Below are positions 1 through 9,932 of a stretch of 54,062 bases of DNA, one piece after another. The notes beneath the pieces are model-generated. The model did not search any database. It saw only the letters and a program-made list of their open reading frames with translations, and was not told where the DNA came from. Every line of letters starts with the position of its first letter. Position 1 is the stretch's first letter. The DNA lies in NCBI GenBank assembly GCA_035703635.1, contig DASSXV010000002.1, positions 1 to 54,062 on the forward strand. The letters are read 5' to 3'. This stretch comes from Trueperaceae bacterium. Its GTDB lineage: Bacteria; Deinococcota; Deinococci; Deinococcales; Trueperaceae. The translations under genes and the position numbers were made by a program.

Positions 1-1
1 C

Positions 2-259
2 GTCATCTTGCTCGACACCGACAACGGCCCAGAGGGCACGACCGCTGACGACAACGAGCAGCTCTACTCCGACGCTGGCCTAGCCAACATGTGGGCGACC
101 CTAACCCAGGGCGGCATCCTGGCCGTATGGTCAGCGTTCGAGTCGCCTGCCTTCACCAGGAGGCTTCAACGCGTCGGGTTCGACGCCACGCTCGAGCGTC
201 CGCGCGCACACGGCAAGAGCGGTCCACGTCACACCGTGTGGCTCGCACGGCGGCGCTAG
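2..259 (+). CDS. Spermidine synthase-like SAM-dependent methyltransferase, C-terminal part (5' truncated)
   Basis: ILLDTDNGP...GGILAVWSA...F..RL...GF motifs typical of this family; frame is open to the window edge. Confidence 0.7.
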   Translation, partial: VILLDTDNGPEGTTADDNEQLYSDAGLANMWATLTQGGILAVWSAFESPAFTRRLQRVGFDATLERPRAHGKSGPRHTVWLARRR

Positions 260-487
260 TACAACCAGAGCGCCCGCAGCGCATTGACCCCTGACTGGAT
301 GCGTGATAGTTTCCGACTAGATAATTGCACCGCCTCGCAAAGTCAAGCGTTGAGTTAGGTAGGCGCCAGGCGCCTTTCTGACGGAGGCTGACTCGAAGTG
401 CTTCTCTTTCCAGCGCGATTGGTGAAGCGTCCTTCAGGCGACGGATCCCCCGCGGCGCCAGAGCGCGCTGCCGAACGAGGTGAAGAC

Positions 488-1498
488 GTGAAGCTACTCC
501 GCACCGTCCTCTTGTTGCTGGCGACGGCCGGGCTCTTCTTGAGCACCGCCTCCGCCCAGGACTACCCGTGGAAGCCCGACCGGCCCGTCACGATCGTGGT
601 GCCTTGGGCCGCCGGCGGCTCCACCGACCAGGTCGTACGCGTGATGGCGGCCGAGATCGAGAAGGCCCTCGGCGCGAGCGTCGTGGTCGTCAACCAGCCG
701 GGAGCGTCAGGCTCCGTCGGCACCACCAACGTGCTTAACGCCGCCAAGGACGGTTACACCTGGGCCGCTGGCGCCGTGCGTGACCTTGGCACCTACGCCG
801 TGCTCGACATGCTCGACACTCGCGTCGACGACTGGAACCTCTACTTCGGAGTCTCCAACACTGGCGTCGTCGCGGTGAACAGCAACACCCGGTACCAGAC
901 GTTCGCGGAACTGCTCACGGCGTTCAAAGAGAACCCTGGCAAGATCACCGTGGCAACGGCCGGGCTCTCCTCCGCTGGCCACACCGTCATGGAAGCCATC
1001 GCTGGCGCGACCGGCGTCACTTACCGCCACGTTCCGTACGACGGCGGCAACCCAGCCGTGATCGCCACGGTGGCTGGCGAGACTGAGGTCGTGACTCAGC
1101 TGGCCGTCGAAGAAGCCGAGATGCTCCGCGCAGGCAGACTCCGCGCACTCGCAGCCTTCAGCGAGCAGCCCCTTACGCTCAAGGGCGTGGGTGACATCCC
1201 GGCCATCACCGACTGGATTCCCGAACTCCGCGTGCCGTCCAACTACTTCGGCATCTGGGCGCCGAAGGGCATTCCAGACGAGGTCGTCGAGACCATGAAC
1301 ATGGTGTGGGAGAACGTGATGAAGGACTCCACCGCCTTGAGAGACTACGCGGAAGAGCGCGGCGCGCTCTTCGACCCGCTCTACGGCGACGAGGCCCTCG
1401 CGAGCGCCATGCCGTCCGTTGCGCACCAGGCTTACACCCTGTTCGACGGCGGCAAGGCAGCCAAGGACCCGGCCACGCTCGGCTACGAGCGGCCGTAA
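488..1498 (+). CDS. tctC: Tripartite tricarboxylate transporter substrate-binding protein (Bug/TctC)
   Basis: Signal peptide; IVVPWAAGGSTD, VVNQPGASG and HVPYDGG motifs; GTG at 488 follows GAGG RBS. Confidence 0.92.
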   Translation: MKLLRTVLLLLATAGLFLSTASAQDYPWKPDRPVTIVVPWAAGGSTDQVVRVMAAEIEKALGASVVVVNQPGASGSVGTTNVLNAAKDGYTWAAGAVRDLGTYAVLDMLDTRVDDWNLYFGVSNTGVVAVNSNTRYQTFAELLTAFKENPGKITVATAGLSSAGHTVMEAIAGATGVTYRHVPYDGGNPAVIATVAGETEVVTQLAVEEAEMLRAGRLRALAAFSEQPLTLKGVGDIPAITDWIPELRVPSNYFGIWAPKGIPDEVVETMNMVWENVMKDSTALRDYAEERGALFDPLYGDEALASAMPSVAHQAYTLFDGGKAAKDPATLGYERP

Positions 1499-1564
1499 CG
1501 ATCAGGTGATCAAGTTCGCCCCGCTGGGCACTTCCCGCCAGCGGGGCGAACCCGTATCGCAACC

Positions 1565-2143
1565 ATGTCGAGAACCGACTTAGCTTCCGCGATCGTCCTA
1601 GTGATCTTCGGCCTGGCCGTAGCGTTCGAGTCGTGGCGCATGCCGCGCTTCGAATCCATCGGCGGGTCGATCCTCAACGCGCCGGGGCTCGTTCCCGGCA
1701 TCCTCGGTGTGATCATCGCGCTGCTCGGCGCCGTCATGCTCACCCGCACCTTGCTAGCCCAACGCAGGCGAACCGTGAGCGGCACCACCGCTGCCGCCAC
1801 CGTTGCACCCGACGAACAGCGCCCGCCGGACACCCTCACGTCAGGCACCGGGCCCGACATCGCGGTGGAAGGGACCGGCGGCCTCCAAGCTCCGTCCAAC
1901 GCGCGCGTCATAGTCGCGCTCGTGCTTGGCGTGGTGTTCGGCACTGTCCTCATCGGGCGCATGCCGTTCTGGTTGGCGGTGTTCGTGTTCGTGTTCGCGT
2001 CGATCGTCTATAACGAGCGCGCCGCACTGAAGACCAGGTCAGGCGCCATCCGCATACTGCTCATAGCTGGCGCCATCGCTGGCGCCACCGGCTTCGCGGT
2101 GCCGTTCGTGTTCGAGAGGATCTTCCTGGTGACCCTGCCATGA
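1565..2143 (+). CDS. tctB: TTT small permease TctB
   Basis: 4-5 TM helices, PGLVP and F...FLVTLP motifs; lies between tctC and tctA. Confidence 0.88.
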   Translation: MSRTDLASAIVLVIFGLAVAFESWRMPRFESIGGSILNAPGLVPGILGVIIALLGAVMLTRTLLAQRRRTVSGTTAAATVAPDEQRPPDTLTSGTGPDIAVEGTGGLQAPSNARVIVALVLGVVFGTVLIGRMPFWLAVFVFVFASIVYNERAALKTRSGAIRILLIAGAIAGATGFAVPFVFERIFLVTLP

Positions 2144-2183
2144 CCCACGTCCGCTTCAGCCAGCTAACGAGACCACGAAGCTG

Positions 2184-3716
2184 ATGGGCGAGGGACTCGG
2201 TTACCTCTTTCAGGCGGTACTAAGCTTCCTGACGCTTAGCGCGCTCTTCAACATCGCCTGGGCCACCCTGCTCGGCATCGTCGTTGGCATGCTGCCGGGC
2301 CTGACGGCCACTCTTGGCGTGGCGCTACTAACCACCCTCACCTTCACCATGCCGTCAGGCGACGCCATCCTCGTGCTCATCTGCATGTACGTCGGCGCCA
2401 TCTACGGCGGCAGTCGCAGCGCGATCCTCCTCAACATCCCGGGCACGCCAGCCAACGCCGCCACCTCGCTTGACGGCAACCCCTTGGCTCGCCAAGGCAA
2501 GGCAGGCAAGGCCATGGGCATCGCCACCGCCGGGTCGTTCCTCGGGAGCATCATCGGCATGGTGTTGCTGGCCAGCATCGCCCCCGGCCTCGCCGAGGCC
2601 GCACTGAAGTTCCAGTCGTACGAGTTCTTCTGGCTGGCCATCTTCGGCATCGTCATCGCTGGCCGACTCACGGCGCTAGAAGATCCGTTGAAGGGCTGGA
2701 TCGCCGGCTTCCTCGGTCTATTGGTAGCCATGGTTGGCGCCGAAGGCATCTACTCTTACGCCCGCTTCTCGTACGGCAACACGGACTTCTCAGGCGGTCT
2801 TGGCCTCCTCCCCGTGCTAGTCGGCATGTTCGGCTTCACCGAGATCTTGTTCGTCATGTACCAGCCGGCCGCCACTGCCGTAAGCGGCGCGCTTGACTCT
2901 GTCATCCCCAAAGTCCGCGAAGTGGTCAAGTACTGGCAGACCATCATCCGCTCCGGAGTGATCGGCACCTTGATGGGCCTGATCCCCGGGGTAGGCGAGG
3001 ACATGGGTGCCTGGGTGTCGTACGCAGCCGCCAGAGGCTCGAGCAAGGAGAAGCACCTCTTCGGCAAGGGCTCCGTCGAAGGGCTCATCGCCGCGGAGAC
3101 AGGCAACAACGCCGCGGTACCTGGCGCGCTCATCCCCGTACTGACTTTGGCCGTGCCCGGTTCGGCGCCCGCGGCGGTTCTTCTCGCCGCCCTCTTCATC
3201 CACGGCGTCCGGCCCGGCCCGCTCATCATGATCGAGTCGCCCTCGTTCGTTTACGAGGTCACCGCCATGGTGTTCATGGCCACCCTCTCCATGGGGTTCT
3301 TCGGCATCCTCCTCACCAAGCCACTGCTGACGGTGCTGCGCATCCCGCCTACCCGCCTCATGCCGATCATCATGGTGCTCTGTACCGTCGGTTCGTTCGC
3401 CATCGCCAGCCGCATGTTCGACGTGTGGGTCATGCTCGCGTTCGGCATCATCGGGTTCGTGCTGCGTCGGGCTGGCTTTCCCCTCGCGCCACTCATTCTG
3501 GGCGTGGTACTCGGTCCCATCTTGGACAGCAACCTACGGCGCGGCCTGCTCCTCTCGGACGGCTCCATCACGCCGTTCATCATGCGCCCGATCAGCGCGG
3601 CGCTCTGGATCGCCATCCTGATAACGGTGCTCCTCGGTGTACCAGCGGTGCAGCGGGCCCTAGGGCGCCTGTTCAAGGGGCGCAAGGCGATGAGCAAGAG
3701 CAGCAGCGATGCCTGA
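2184..3716 (+). CDS. tctA: TTT large permease TctA
   Basis: GMLPGL, YGGSRSAILLNIPGTP and AAETGNNA motifs. Confidence 0.95.
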   Translation: MGEGLGYLFQAVLSFLTLSALFNIAWATLLGIVVGMLPGLTATLGVALLTTLTFTMPSGDAILVLICMYVGAIYGGSRSAILLNIPGTPANAATSLDGNPLARQGKAGKAMGIATAGSFLGSIIGMVLLASIAPGLAEAALKFQSYEFFWLAIFGIVIAGRLTALEDPLKGWIAGFLGLLVAMVGAEGIYSYARFSYGNTDFSGGLGLLPVLVGMFGFTEILFVMYQPAATAVSGALDSVIPKVREVVKYWQTIIRSGVIGTLMGLIPGVGEDMGAWVSYAAARGSSKEKHLFGKGSVEGLIAAETGNNAAVPGALIPVLTLAVPGSAPAAVLLAALFIHGVRPGPLIMIESPSFVYEVTAMVFMATLSMGFFGILLTKPLLTVLRIPPTRLMPIIMVLCTVGSFAIASRMFDVWVMLAFGIIGFVLRRAGFPLAPLILGVVLGPILDSNLRRGLLLSDGSITPFIMRPISAALWIAILITVLLGVPAVQRALGRLFKGRKAMSKSSSDA

Positions 3717-4566
3717 GCCTCGCTCGCGCCCGCCATTCACGCTGGCGTTATGCAACGAGGTAGTGCGCGAGTTGAGTTTCGCTGCCCAATGTGCGTTGGC
3801 CGCCAGCCTCGGCTACGACGCGCTCGAAGTGGCGCCGTTCACGCTTGCAGCCGACCCCCGTGACCTCACGGACCGCGACCTCGAGCGTTTGCGTATGCAG
3901 GCGCAAGACGCGGGGATCGGCGTGTCGTCGCTGCATTGGCTGCTCACGGCGCCAAGCGGACTATCGATAACCACCGCCGACCTAGGCGTACGCAGGACGA
4001 CCCTCGAGGTCATGCACGCCCTAGTCGACGCGTGCGCCGCCCTGGGAGGCTCCGTGCTAGTGCACGGCTCGCCGCAGCAGCGGCGCCTCTCAGACGAGGA
4101 TCCAGTCGGCGACGCACAGCGCGCCAGCGAAGCGTTCGCCCTGATCGCGACGGCTGCGGAGCGCGCTGGCGTCACTTACTGCATCGAGCCGCTCTCGACA
4201 CAGGAGACGGCATTCATCAACACCGTCGCCGAAGCCGAGGCAATCGTGAGGCAAGTAGGCAGCCCCGCACTCAAGACCATGCTCGACACCAGGGCAGCGC
4301 GTCTCGCGGAAGCAGCAAGCGCGGAGGCCGTCCTGGCTCGCGGCCTGAAGGCGGGCACCATAGCGCACGTGCACGTCAACGACACGAGCAAGGGCGGCCC
4401 CGGTCAGGGAACCGACGGCTTCGCGGGCATCTTCGAGGTCCTGCTGGCAGCCGGGTACGCCGGCACCGTCGCCGTGGAACCGTTCGAGTACTTGCCCGAC
4501 GGCCCCACTTCTGCGGCGCGCGCAGCTGGCTACGTTCAGGGGGTCATCGAGGGTCTAACGCGCTAG
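3709..4566 (+). CDS. Sugar phosphate isomerase/epimerase (D-psicose/tagatose 3-epimerase-like TIM barrel)
   Basis: Metal ligands in IEPL, MLDT, HVHVND and VEPF. Confidence 0.85.
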   Translation: MPEPRSRPPFTLALCNEVVRELSFAAQCALAASLGYDALEVAPFTLAADPRDLTDRDLERLRMQAQDAGIGVSSLHWLLTAPSGLSITTADLGVRRTTLEVMHALVDACAALGGSVLVHGSPQQRRLSDEDPVGDAQRASEAFALIATAAERAGVTYCIEPLSTQETAFINTVAEAEAIVRQVGSPALKTMLDTRAARLAEAASAEAVLARGLKAGTIAHVHVNDTSKGGPGQGTDGFAGIFEVLLAAGYAGTVAVEPFEYLPDGPTSAARAAGYVQGVIEGLTR

Positions 4567-4600
4567 CGCGCGGCCCGCAAGGCAATTGGAGGAAAGCAGA

Positions 4601-5623
4601 ATGTCCATCAGTACGGTTGAGCAGCTGGAGGCCGACCTGGCCACGCCGTCTAGTGCGCTGGTGGCCGACATGCGCACGGTCGAGGGCGACCTGTTGCTCC
4701 TCGGCGCAGGCGGCAAGATGGGTCCCAGCCTGGCCATGCTCGCCCGCAACGCGCTCGACGAGGCGGGCAACAGCGCCAAGGTGATAGCCGTCTCGCGCTT
4801 CAGTGACGCCGCCGCGGAGCGCCGCCTCAACGACGCTGGTGTGCGCACGGTGCGCGCCGACCTCCTCGACGAGGACGCATTGTCAGCGCTGCCAGACGCC
4901 CCCAACGTCATCTACATGGCTGCCATGAAGTTCGGCGCTACTGGGCAGGAGCCCCTCACTTGGGCGATGAACACCTACCTGCCTGGCCGCGTTGCCGAGC
5001 GCTACCGCGGTTCGCGCATCGTCGCGTTCTCCTCAGGCAACGTCTACCCCCTCTCCCCTCTCACCTCTGGCGGCCCGACGGAGGACGACGCGACCGGCCC
5101 GCTAGGCGAGTACGCCCAATCGGTATTAGGGCGCGAGCGCATGTTCCAGTACTTCTCGCAGCGCAACGGCACCCCAACGGTGCTCCTGCGCCTCAACTAC
5201 GCAGTCGAGTTGCGCTACGGCGTGCTCGTCGACCTCGCCTTAGCTATCCGGGACGGCCAGCCCATCGACGTCGCCATGGGTCAGGTGAACGTCATCTGGC
5301 AAGGCGACGCCAACGAGGCGGCCTTGCGCGCGCTCCACCACTGCACGGCACCCGCCACCGTCCTCAACCTCACCGGCCCAGAGACGGTGACCGTAAGGAG
5401 GCTCGCGCAACGACTCGGGGCCAAGTTGGGCAGGGAGCCGGCGTTCGAGGGTGAGGAGCAGGCCACCGCCCTGCTCAACGACGCCTCCCGCAGCCACGCC
5501 CTCTTCGGCTACCCAAGGGTGCCGCTCGGGTCCATCATCGACCGCGTTGGCGACTGGGTGGCTAGCGGGGGCGAGACGCACGGCAAACCGACGAAGTTCC
5601 AGGTCAGGTCTGGCATCTTCTGA
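4601..5623 (+). CDS. NAD-dependent epimerase/dehydratase (extended SDR)
   Basis: GAGGKMG Rossmann motif, FSSGNVY, LRLNYA; GGAGG RBS before ATG 4601. Confidence 0.85.
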   Translation: MSISTVEQLEADLATPSSALVADMRTVEGDLLLLGAGGKMGPSLAMLARNALDEAGNSAKVIAVSRFSDAAAERRLNDAGVRTVRADLLDEDALSALPDAPNVIYMAAMKFGATGQEPLTWAMNTYLPGRVAERYRGSRIVAFSSGNVYPLSPLTSGGPTEDDATGPLGEYAQSVLGRERMFQYFSQRNGTPTVLLRLNYAVELRYGVLVDLALAIRDGQPIDVAMGQVNVIWQGDANEAALRALHHCTAPATVLNLTGPETVTVRRLAQRLGAKLGREPAFEGEEQATALLNDASRSHALFGYPRVPLGSIIDRVGDWVASGGETHGKPTKFQVRSGIF

Positions 5624-6681
5624 TGGCAGCACACTCCCTGACCGCCGCTCAGGCCCGCCTCCTCAAGGCCGGCACCGTCATCCCCGCCCACCCCCTGGCA
5701 CTCAGCGCGGGCCGCCAGCTCGACGAACGGCGCCAGCAGGCCCTGACGCGTTACTACCTCGCCGCTGGCGCTGGCGGGGTGGCGGTGGGCGTTCACACCA
5801 CCCAGTTCGAGATCCGCGACGTTGGGTTGCTGGAACCGGTGCTGCGCTTGGCGGCCGAGACCGTGGACGCCGAGGTGGGCGACCGGCCGTTCCTCAAGGT
5901 CGCTGGCGTGCTCGGTGAGCGCGATCAGGCGCTAGGCGAAGCCGAGCTAGCGAGATCGTTAGGCTACGACCTCGCCCTGTTGAGCCTCAGGGGGCTAGAG
6001 CAGTACAGCGAGGCCCAGCTGATCGCTCACTCTCGCGCCGTCTCAGAGGTCATGCCCATCGTCGGGTTCTACCTCCAGACGGCCGTTGGCGGCAGGCGCT
6101 TCAGCCGCGACTTCTGGCGCGACCTCGCCGAACTACCCGGCCTGCTCGCCATCAAGATCGCGCCGTTCGACCGTTACGCCACCCTCGACGTCGTGAGGGC
6201 CGTCGCCGAGTCGTCGCGCTCGGACGACATCGCGCTGTACACGGGCAACGACGACAACATCGTCGTCGACCTGCTGACGCCGTTCCGCGTGCGCGTAGGC
6301 AGCGCCGTCAAGGAGCTACGCATCGTCGGCGGTTTGCTCGGGCAGTGGGCCGTGTGGACCAAGGCGGCGGTCGCACTTCTCGAGGAAGTGAAAGCTGCGA
6401 TAGGGCAACCTGATATCCCACTTGAGCTGCTTACGCGCGCCGCGAGGCTCACCGATGCCAACGCCGCCGTGTTCGACGCCGCCAATCGCTTCCACGGCGT
6501 GATCGCCGGGGTGCACGAGGTACTGAGGCGCCAAGGGCTGCTTGAAGGTATCTGGTGCCTCGACCCTGCCGAGGGACTGTCCCCTGGGCAAGCGGCGGAG
6601 CTCGACCGTGTCTACCGCGAACACCCCGACCTAACCGACGACACGTTCGTCGCGCAGCACCTAGCAGACTGGTTGCGGTGA
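5623..6681 (+). CDS. Dihydrodipicolinate synthase family aldolase/dehydratase
   Basis: GVHTTQF, FYLQ, Schiff-base Lys in AIKIAPF, YTGND. Confidence 0.85.
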   Translation: MAAHSLTAAQARLLKAGTVIPAHPLALSAGRQLDERRQQALTRYYLAAGAGGVAVGVHTTQFEIRDVGLLEPVLRLAAETVDAEVGDRPFLKVAGVLGERDQALGEAELARSLGYDLALLSLRGLEQYSEAQLIAHSRAVSEVMPIVGFYLQTAVGGRRFSRDFWRDLAELPGLLAIKIAPFDRYATLDVVRAVAESSRSDDIALYTGNDDNIVVDLLTPFRVRVGSAVKELRIVGGLLGQWAVWTKAAVALLEEVKAAIGQPDIPLELLTRAARLTDANAAVFDAANRFHGVIAGVHEVLRRQGLLEGIWCLDPAEGLSPGQAAELDRVYREHPDLTDDTFVAQHLADWLR

Positions 6682-7535
6682 CGGTGGCGTCCGCCGTGGA
6701 CCTGCGGCCGCTCACCCGGCCTGAAGCCGCGGCCGCAGCCGCCTTGTCGGAGGTCGTCGGCTGGAACCAGAACCAGGCCGACTGGGAGCGCCTCATGACC
6801 CTCAATCCCAGTGGGGCCCTAGGGGCGTGGAGCGGCAGCGACTTGCTTGGCACGGCCACGCTCGTGAGTTACGGGCAGCACGCGGCGTGGCTCGGGATGG
6901 TGATCGTGGCGCCAAGCGCGCGCGGGAGGGGGCTCGGGTCGCTGCTAGTCGACGCCGCACTCGCCAGCAACGACCTGACAGACGATGCGGTCATCGGGCT
7001 CGACGCCACCGAGCTCGGCGCGCCGCTCTACGCGCGTAGGGGCTTCGAGAAAGTCGCGCTCATCGACCGCTGGTCCGGGGTACTGGCCAGCGTCCAGCAC
7101 GGCGGTGGCGCTGCCACGCGACGGGCGGAGCCGCGCGACGCCAAGGAGCTTGCAGCGCTCGACTTCGCCGCTAGCGGCGTCGACCGGTCGCGCCTCCTCG
7201 AGCAGCTCCTGCGCGAACCGACCACGACCGTCGTGCTCGCCGAGGACGGGGCCGGCGGCGGTTACGGGGTGCTCCGTTCCGGCCTGAAGCGCAGTCACCT
7301 CGGCCCCCTGGTGGCCAGTTCAGATGAGGCGCTTGCTGCCGTCGTCGCGGCACTGGCGGTCGTGGCCGCGAACGCCCCGATCTACCTCGACGCCGTGCGC
7401 CGGCCAGCCACCACGCAACGGCTCGAGGGTTTCGGCCTGAGCGTGAGCCGCACCTTGTGGCGGATGACGCGGCCAGCGCGGCCGGTCATGAGCGGCGACG
7501 CGGTCGTGGCCGCGACCGCCTTCGAGTGGGGTTGA
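6678..7535 (+). CDS. GNAT family N-acetyltransferase (tandem GNAT)
   Basis: V.P.ARGRGLG motif A and LDAT..G..LY.RRGF; GTGA overlap with upstream stop. Confidence 0.82.
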   Translation: MTVASAVDLRPLTRPEAAAAAALSEVVGWNQNQADWERLMTLNPSGALGAWSGSDLLGTATLVSYGQHAAWLGMVIVAPSARGRGLGSLLVDAALASNDLTDDAVIGLDATELGAPLYARRGFEKVALIDRWSGVLASVQHGGGAATRRAEPRDAKELAALDFAASGVDRSRLLEQLLREPTTTVVLAEDGAGGGYGVLRSGLKRSHLGPLVASSDEALAAVVAALAVVAANAPIYLDAVRRPATTQRLEGFGLSVSRTLWRMTRPARPVMSGDAVVAATAFEWG

Positions 7536-7623
7536 CGCCAGCGGAAGAGTAGTTGAACCCGGGCCCGTGAGGCCCACTTGCATGGGCGGACCGCGCGAGC
7601 GGCAGGCGCCCTGGAGGAGCCAA

Positions 7624-8772
7624 ATGAGCGACACGAGCATCGGCATCGTCATGAACGGCGTCACCGGCCGCATGGGCACGAACCAACACCTGATCAGGTC
7701 AATCCTCGCGATCCGCGAGCAGGGCGGCGTGCGCGGTCCACGCGGCACCATCTACCCGGAACCGATCTTGGTCGGACGCGACCGCGGCAAGCTCGAGCGT
7801 CTGGCCGCCGCCCACGGGCTGAGCCGCTACACGACTGACCTCGACGAGGCGCTGGCTGAGAGCGACGCCCGCATCTACTTCGACGCCCTCTCGACCTCGC
7901 ACCGCGTGACCGGAGTGCGGCGCGCCATCGCCGCTGGCAAGGACATCTATTGCGAGAAGCCGATCGCAGCGGACCTCGACACGGCCCTGGCCCTGGCGCG
8001 AGAGGCGCGCGCCGCAGGCGTCAAGAGCGGCGTCGTGCAAGACAAGCTCTTCTTGCCTGGCATGCTCAAGCTCGACCGCCTCGTCAAGAGTGGCTTCTTC
8101 GGGCAGCTCCTGTCGGTCAGGGGCGAGTTCGGGTACTGGGTCTTCGAGGGCGACTGGCAGGCCGCGCAGCGCCCGTCTTGGAACTACCGCACCGCCGACG
8201 CTGGCGGCATCATGCTCGACATGTTCGCGCACTGGGAGTACGTTCTCTCCAACCTCTTCGGACCGGTGCGTTCCCTCGTGGCGCTCGGCGCGACGCACGT
8301 CCCTGACCGCTACGACGAGGTCGGCAAGCAGTACGCCGCGGACGCTGACGACGCCGCCTACGCCATCTTCCAGCTCGAGGGCGGGGTCGTTGCGCAGATG
8401 AACTCGTCATGGACGACGCGCGTCTACCGTGACGACCTGCTCACCTTGCACGTCGACGGCACCCACGGCAGCGCCGTAGCCGGCCTACGCGAAGTGAAGG
8501 TTCAGCACCGCAACTTCACGCCGAAGCCGGTGTGGAACCCAGACGCGCCCAATCCCATCGATTTCCGCGCAGGTTGGGCAGACGTGCCAACCAACGACAA
8601 GTACGACAACGCCTTCAAGGTCCAATGGGAGAAGTTCCTTAGCCACGTCGTGTGGGACGAGCCGTTCGAGTGGGACTTGTTGGCAGGGGCGCGTGGCGTG
8701 CAACTCGCAGAGCTCGGCCTGCGGTCGTGGCGCGAACGGACCTGGCTCGAGGTACCGGAGTTGGGCGCGTGA
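7624..8772 (+). CDS. Gfo/Idh/MocA family oxidoreductase
   Basis: NGVTGRMG, YCEKP, GGIMLDMFAH; GGAGGAG RBS. Confidence 0.9.
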   Translation: MSDTSIGIVMNGVTGRMGTNQHLIRSILAIREQGGVRGPRGTIYPEPILVGRDRGKLERLAAAHGLSRYTTDLDEALAESDARIYFDALSTSHRVTGVRRAIAAGKDIYCEKPIAADLDTALALAREARAAGVKSGVVQDKLFLPGMLKLDRLVKSGFFGQLLSVRGEFGYWVFEGDWQAAQRPSWNYRTADAGGIMLDMFAHWEYVLSNLFGPVRSLVALGATHVPDRYDEVGKQYAADADDAAYAIFQLEGGVVAQMNSSWTTRVYRDDLLTLHVDGTHGSAVAGLREVKVQHRNFTPKPVWNPDAPNPIDFRAGWADVPTNDKYDNAFKVQWEKFLSHVVWDEPFEWDLLAGARGVQLAELGLRSWRERTWLEVPELGA

Positions 8773-9932
8773 GCGGCGACCTGAGGTTGCCCCAAGCTGG
8801 CGGCGCGCTGACCAGCTACCGCATGCGCACCGACCGACCCACGTTCCACAAGCCCACCGCCCCCATCACCTCGCGCCTCGCGTACGCCGCGGCGCACGTC
8901 GTCAAGGACCCGTTCGGCGCCGCTAGCGGCGAGGGCGCCGTCGACTGGGCGGCCACGTTGGCGTTTCGCGAACACCTGTGGTCGTACGGGCTGGGGGTTG
9001 CGGAGGCGATGGACACGGCACAGCGCGGGATGGGCCTCGACTACGAGGCCACCAAGGTACTGATCGCTCGTTCCTGCGCCGCTGCCAACGCGGCGGGCAG
9101 CGCCATCGTGTGCGGGGCCGCCACCGATCAGCTGCCCGCTGGGGCTCCCGCGTCGTTGGCGACGATAACCGCCGCGTACGAGGAGCAGTGCGAACACATC
9201 GAGGCCGCTGGCGGTCGCGTGGTGGTCATGGCGAGCCGGCACTTGGCCGCCGCCGCCAGGGGCCCGGAGGACTACGCGCAGGTCTACGACCGCGTTCTCT
9301 CACAGGTGCGCGAACCAGTGATCATCCACTGGTTGGGCGAGATGTTCGACCCGGCGCTCGCAGGCTACTGGGGGGCGAGCGACCTTGCCGGCGCCATGGA
9401 CGTCTGCCTCGACGTCATGGGGCGTAACGCAAGCAAAGTCGCTGGCATCAAACTGTCGCTGCTCGATGCCGATAAGGAGGTCAGTTTGCGGGCGCGCTTG
9501 CCTGCTGGCGTGCGCATGTTCACTGGCGACGACTTCAACTACCCCAAGCTCATCTTGGGTGACGGCACTCACCGCTCCGACGCCCTGCTCGGCATCTTCG
9601 ACGCCATAGCCCCCGCCGCCTCGGCCGCGCTGCAGGCCCTGGACGGCAGCGACGAAGCCGAATACGCCCGCATCTTCGATCCAACGGTGCCGCTGTCGCG
9701 CAAGATATTCGAGACGCCCACCTACAACTACAAGACGGGCATCGTGTTCCTCGCCTACCTCAACGGCTTCCAGGAGCACTTCCGGATGGTGGCCGGTCTC
9801 GAGAGCGCCCGCAGCATCGTCCATCTGAGCGAGCTCTTCCGCCTGGCAGACGCCGCCGGCGTGCTGCTCGAACCGGACCTGGCGGTCAGGCGTATGCGGT
9901 TGGTGCTCGAGCTCGCGGGCGTGGCGGCGTGA
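8769..9932 (+). CDS. DUF993 family DHDPS-like TIM-barrel protein
   Basis: AYAAAHVV, AEAMDTAQRGMG, GIKLSLLD, TGDDFNY, YKTGIVFLA. Confidence 0.85.
   Translation: MSGDLRLPQAGGALTSYRMRTDRPTFHKPTAPITSRLAYAAAHVVKDPFGAASGEGAVDWAATLAFREHLWSYGLGVAEAMDTAQRGMGLDYEATKVLIARSCAAANAAGSAIVCGAATDQLPAGAPASLATITAAYEEQCEHIEAAGGRVVVMASRHLAAAARGPEDYAQVYDRVLSQVREPVIIHWLGEMFDPALAGYWGASDLAGAMDVCLDVMGRNASKVAGIKLSLLDADKEVSLRARLPAGVRMFTGDDFNYPKLILGDGTHRSDALLGIFDAIAPAASAALQALDGSDEAEYARIFDPTVPLSRKIFETPTYNYKTGIVFLAYLNGFQEHFRMVAGLESARSIVHLSELFRLADAAGVLLEPDLAVRRMRLVLELAGVAA

Noticed and set aside
260-487. Operator or riboswitch upstream of tctC (TGAAG-CGTC-CTTCA)
   Set aside because: The arms are too short, there is no cognate regulator in the window, and no recognisable aptamer
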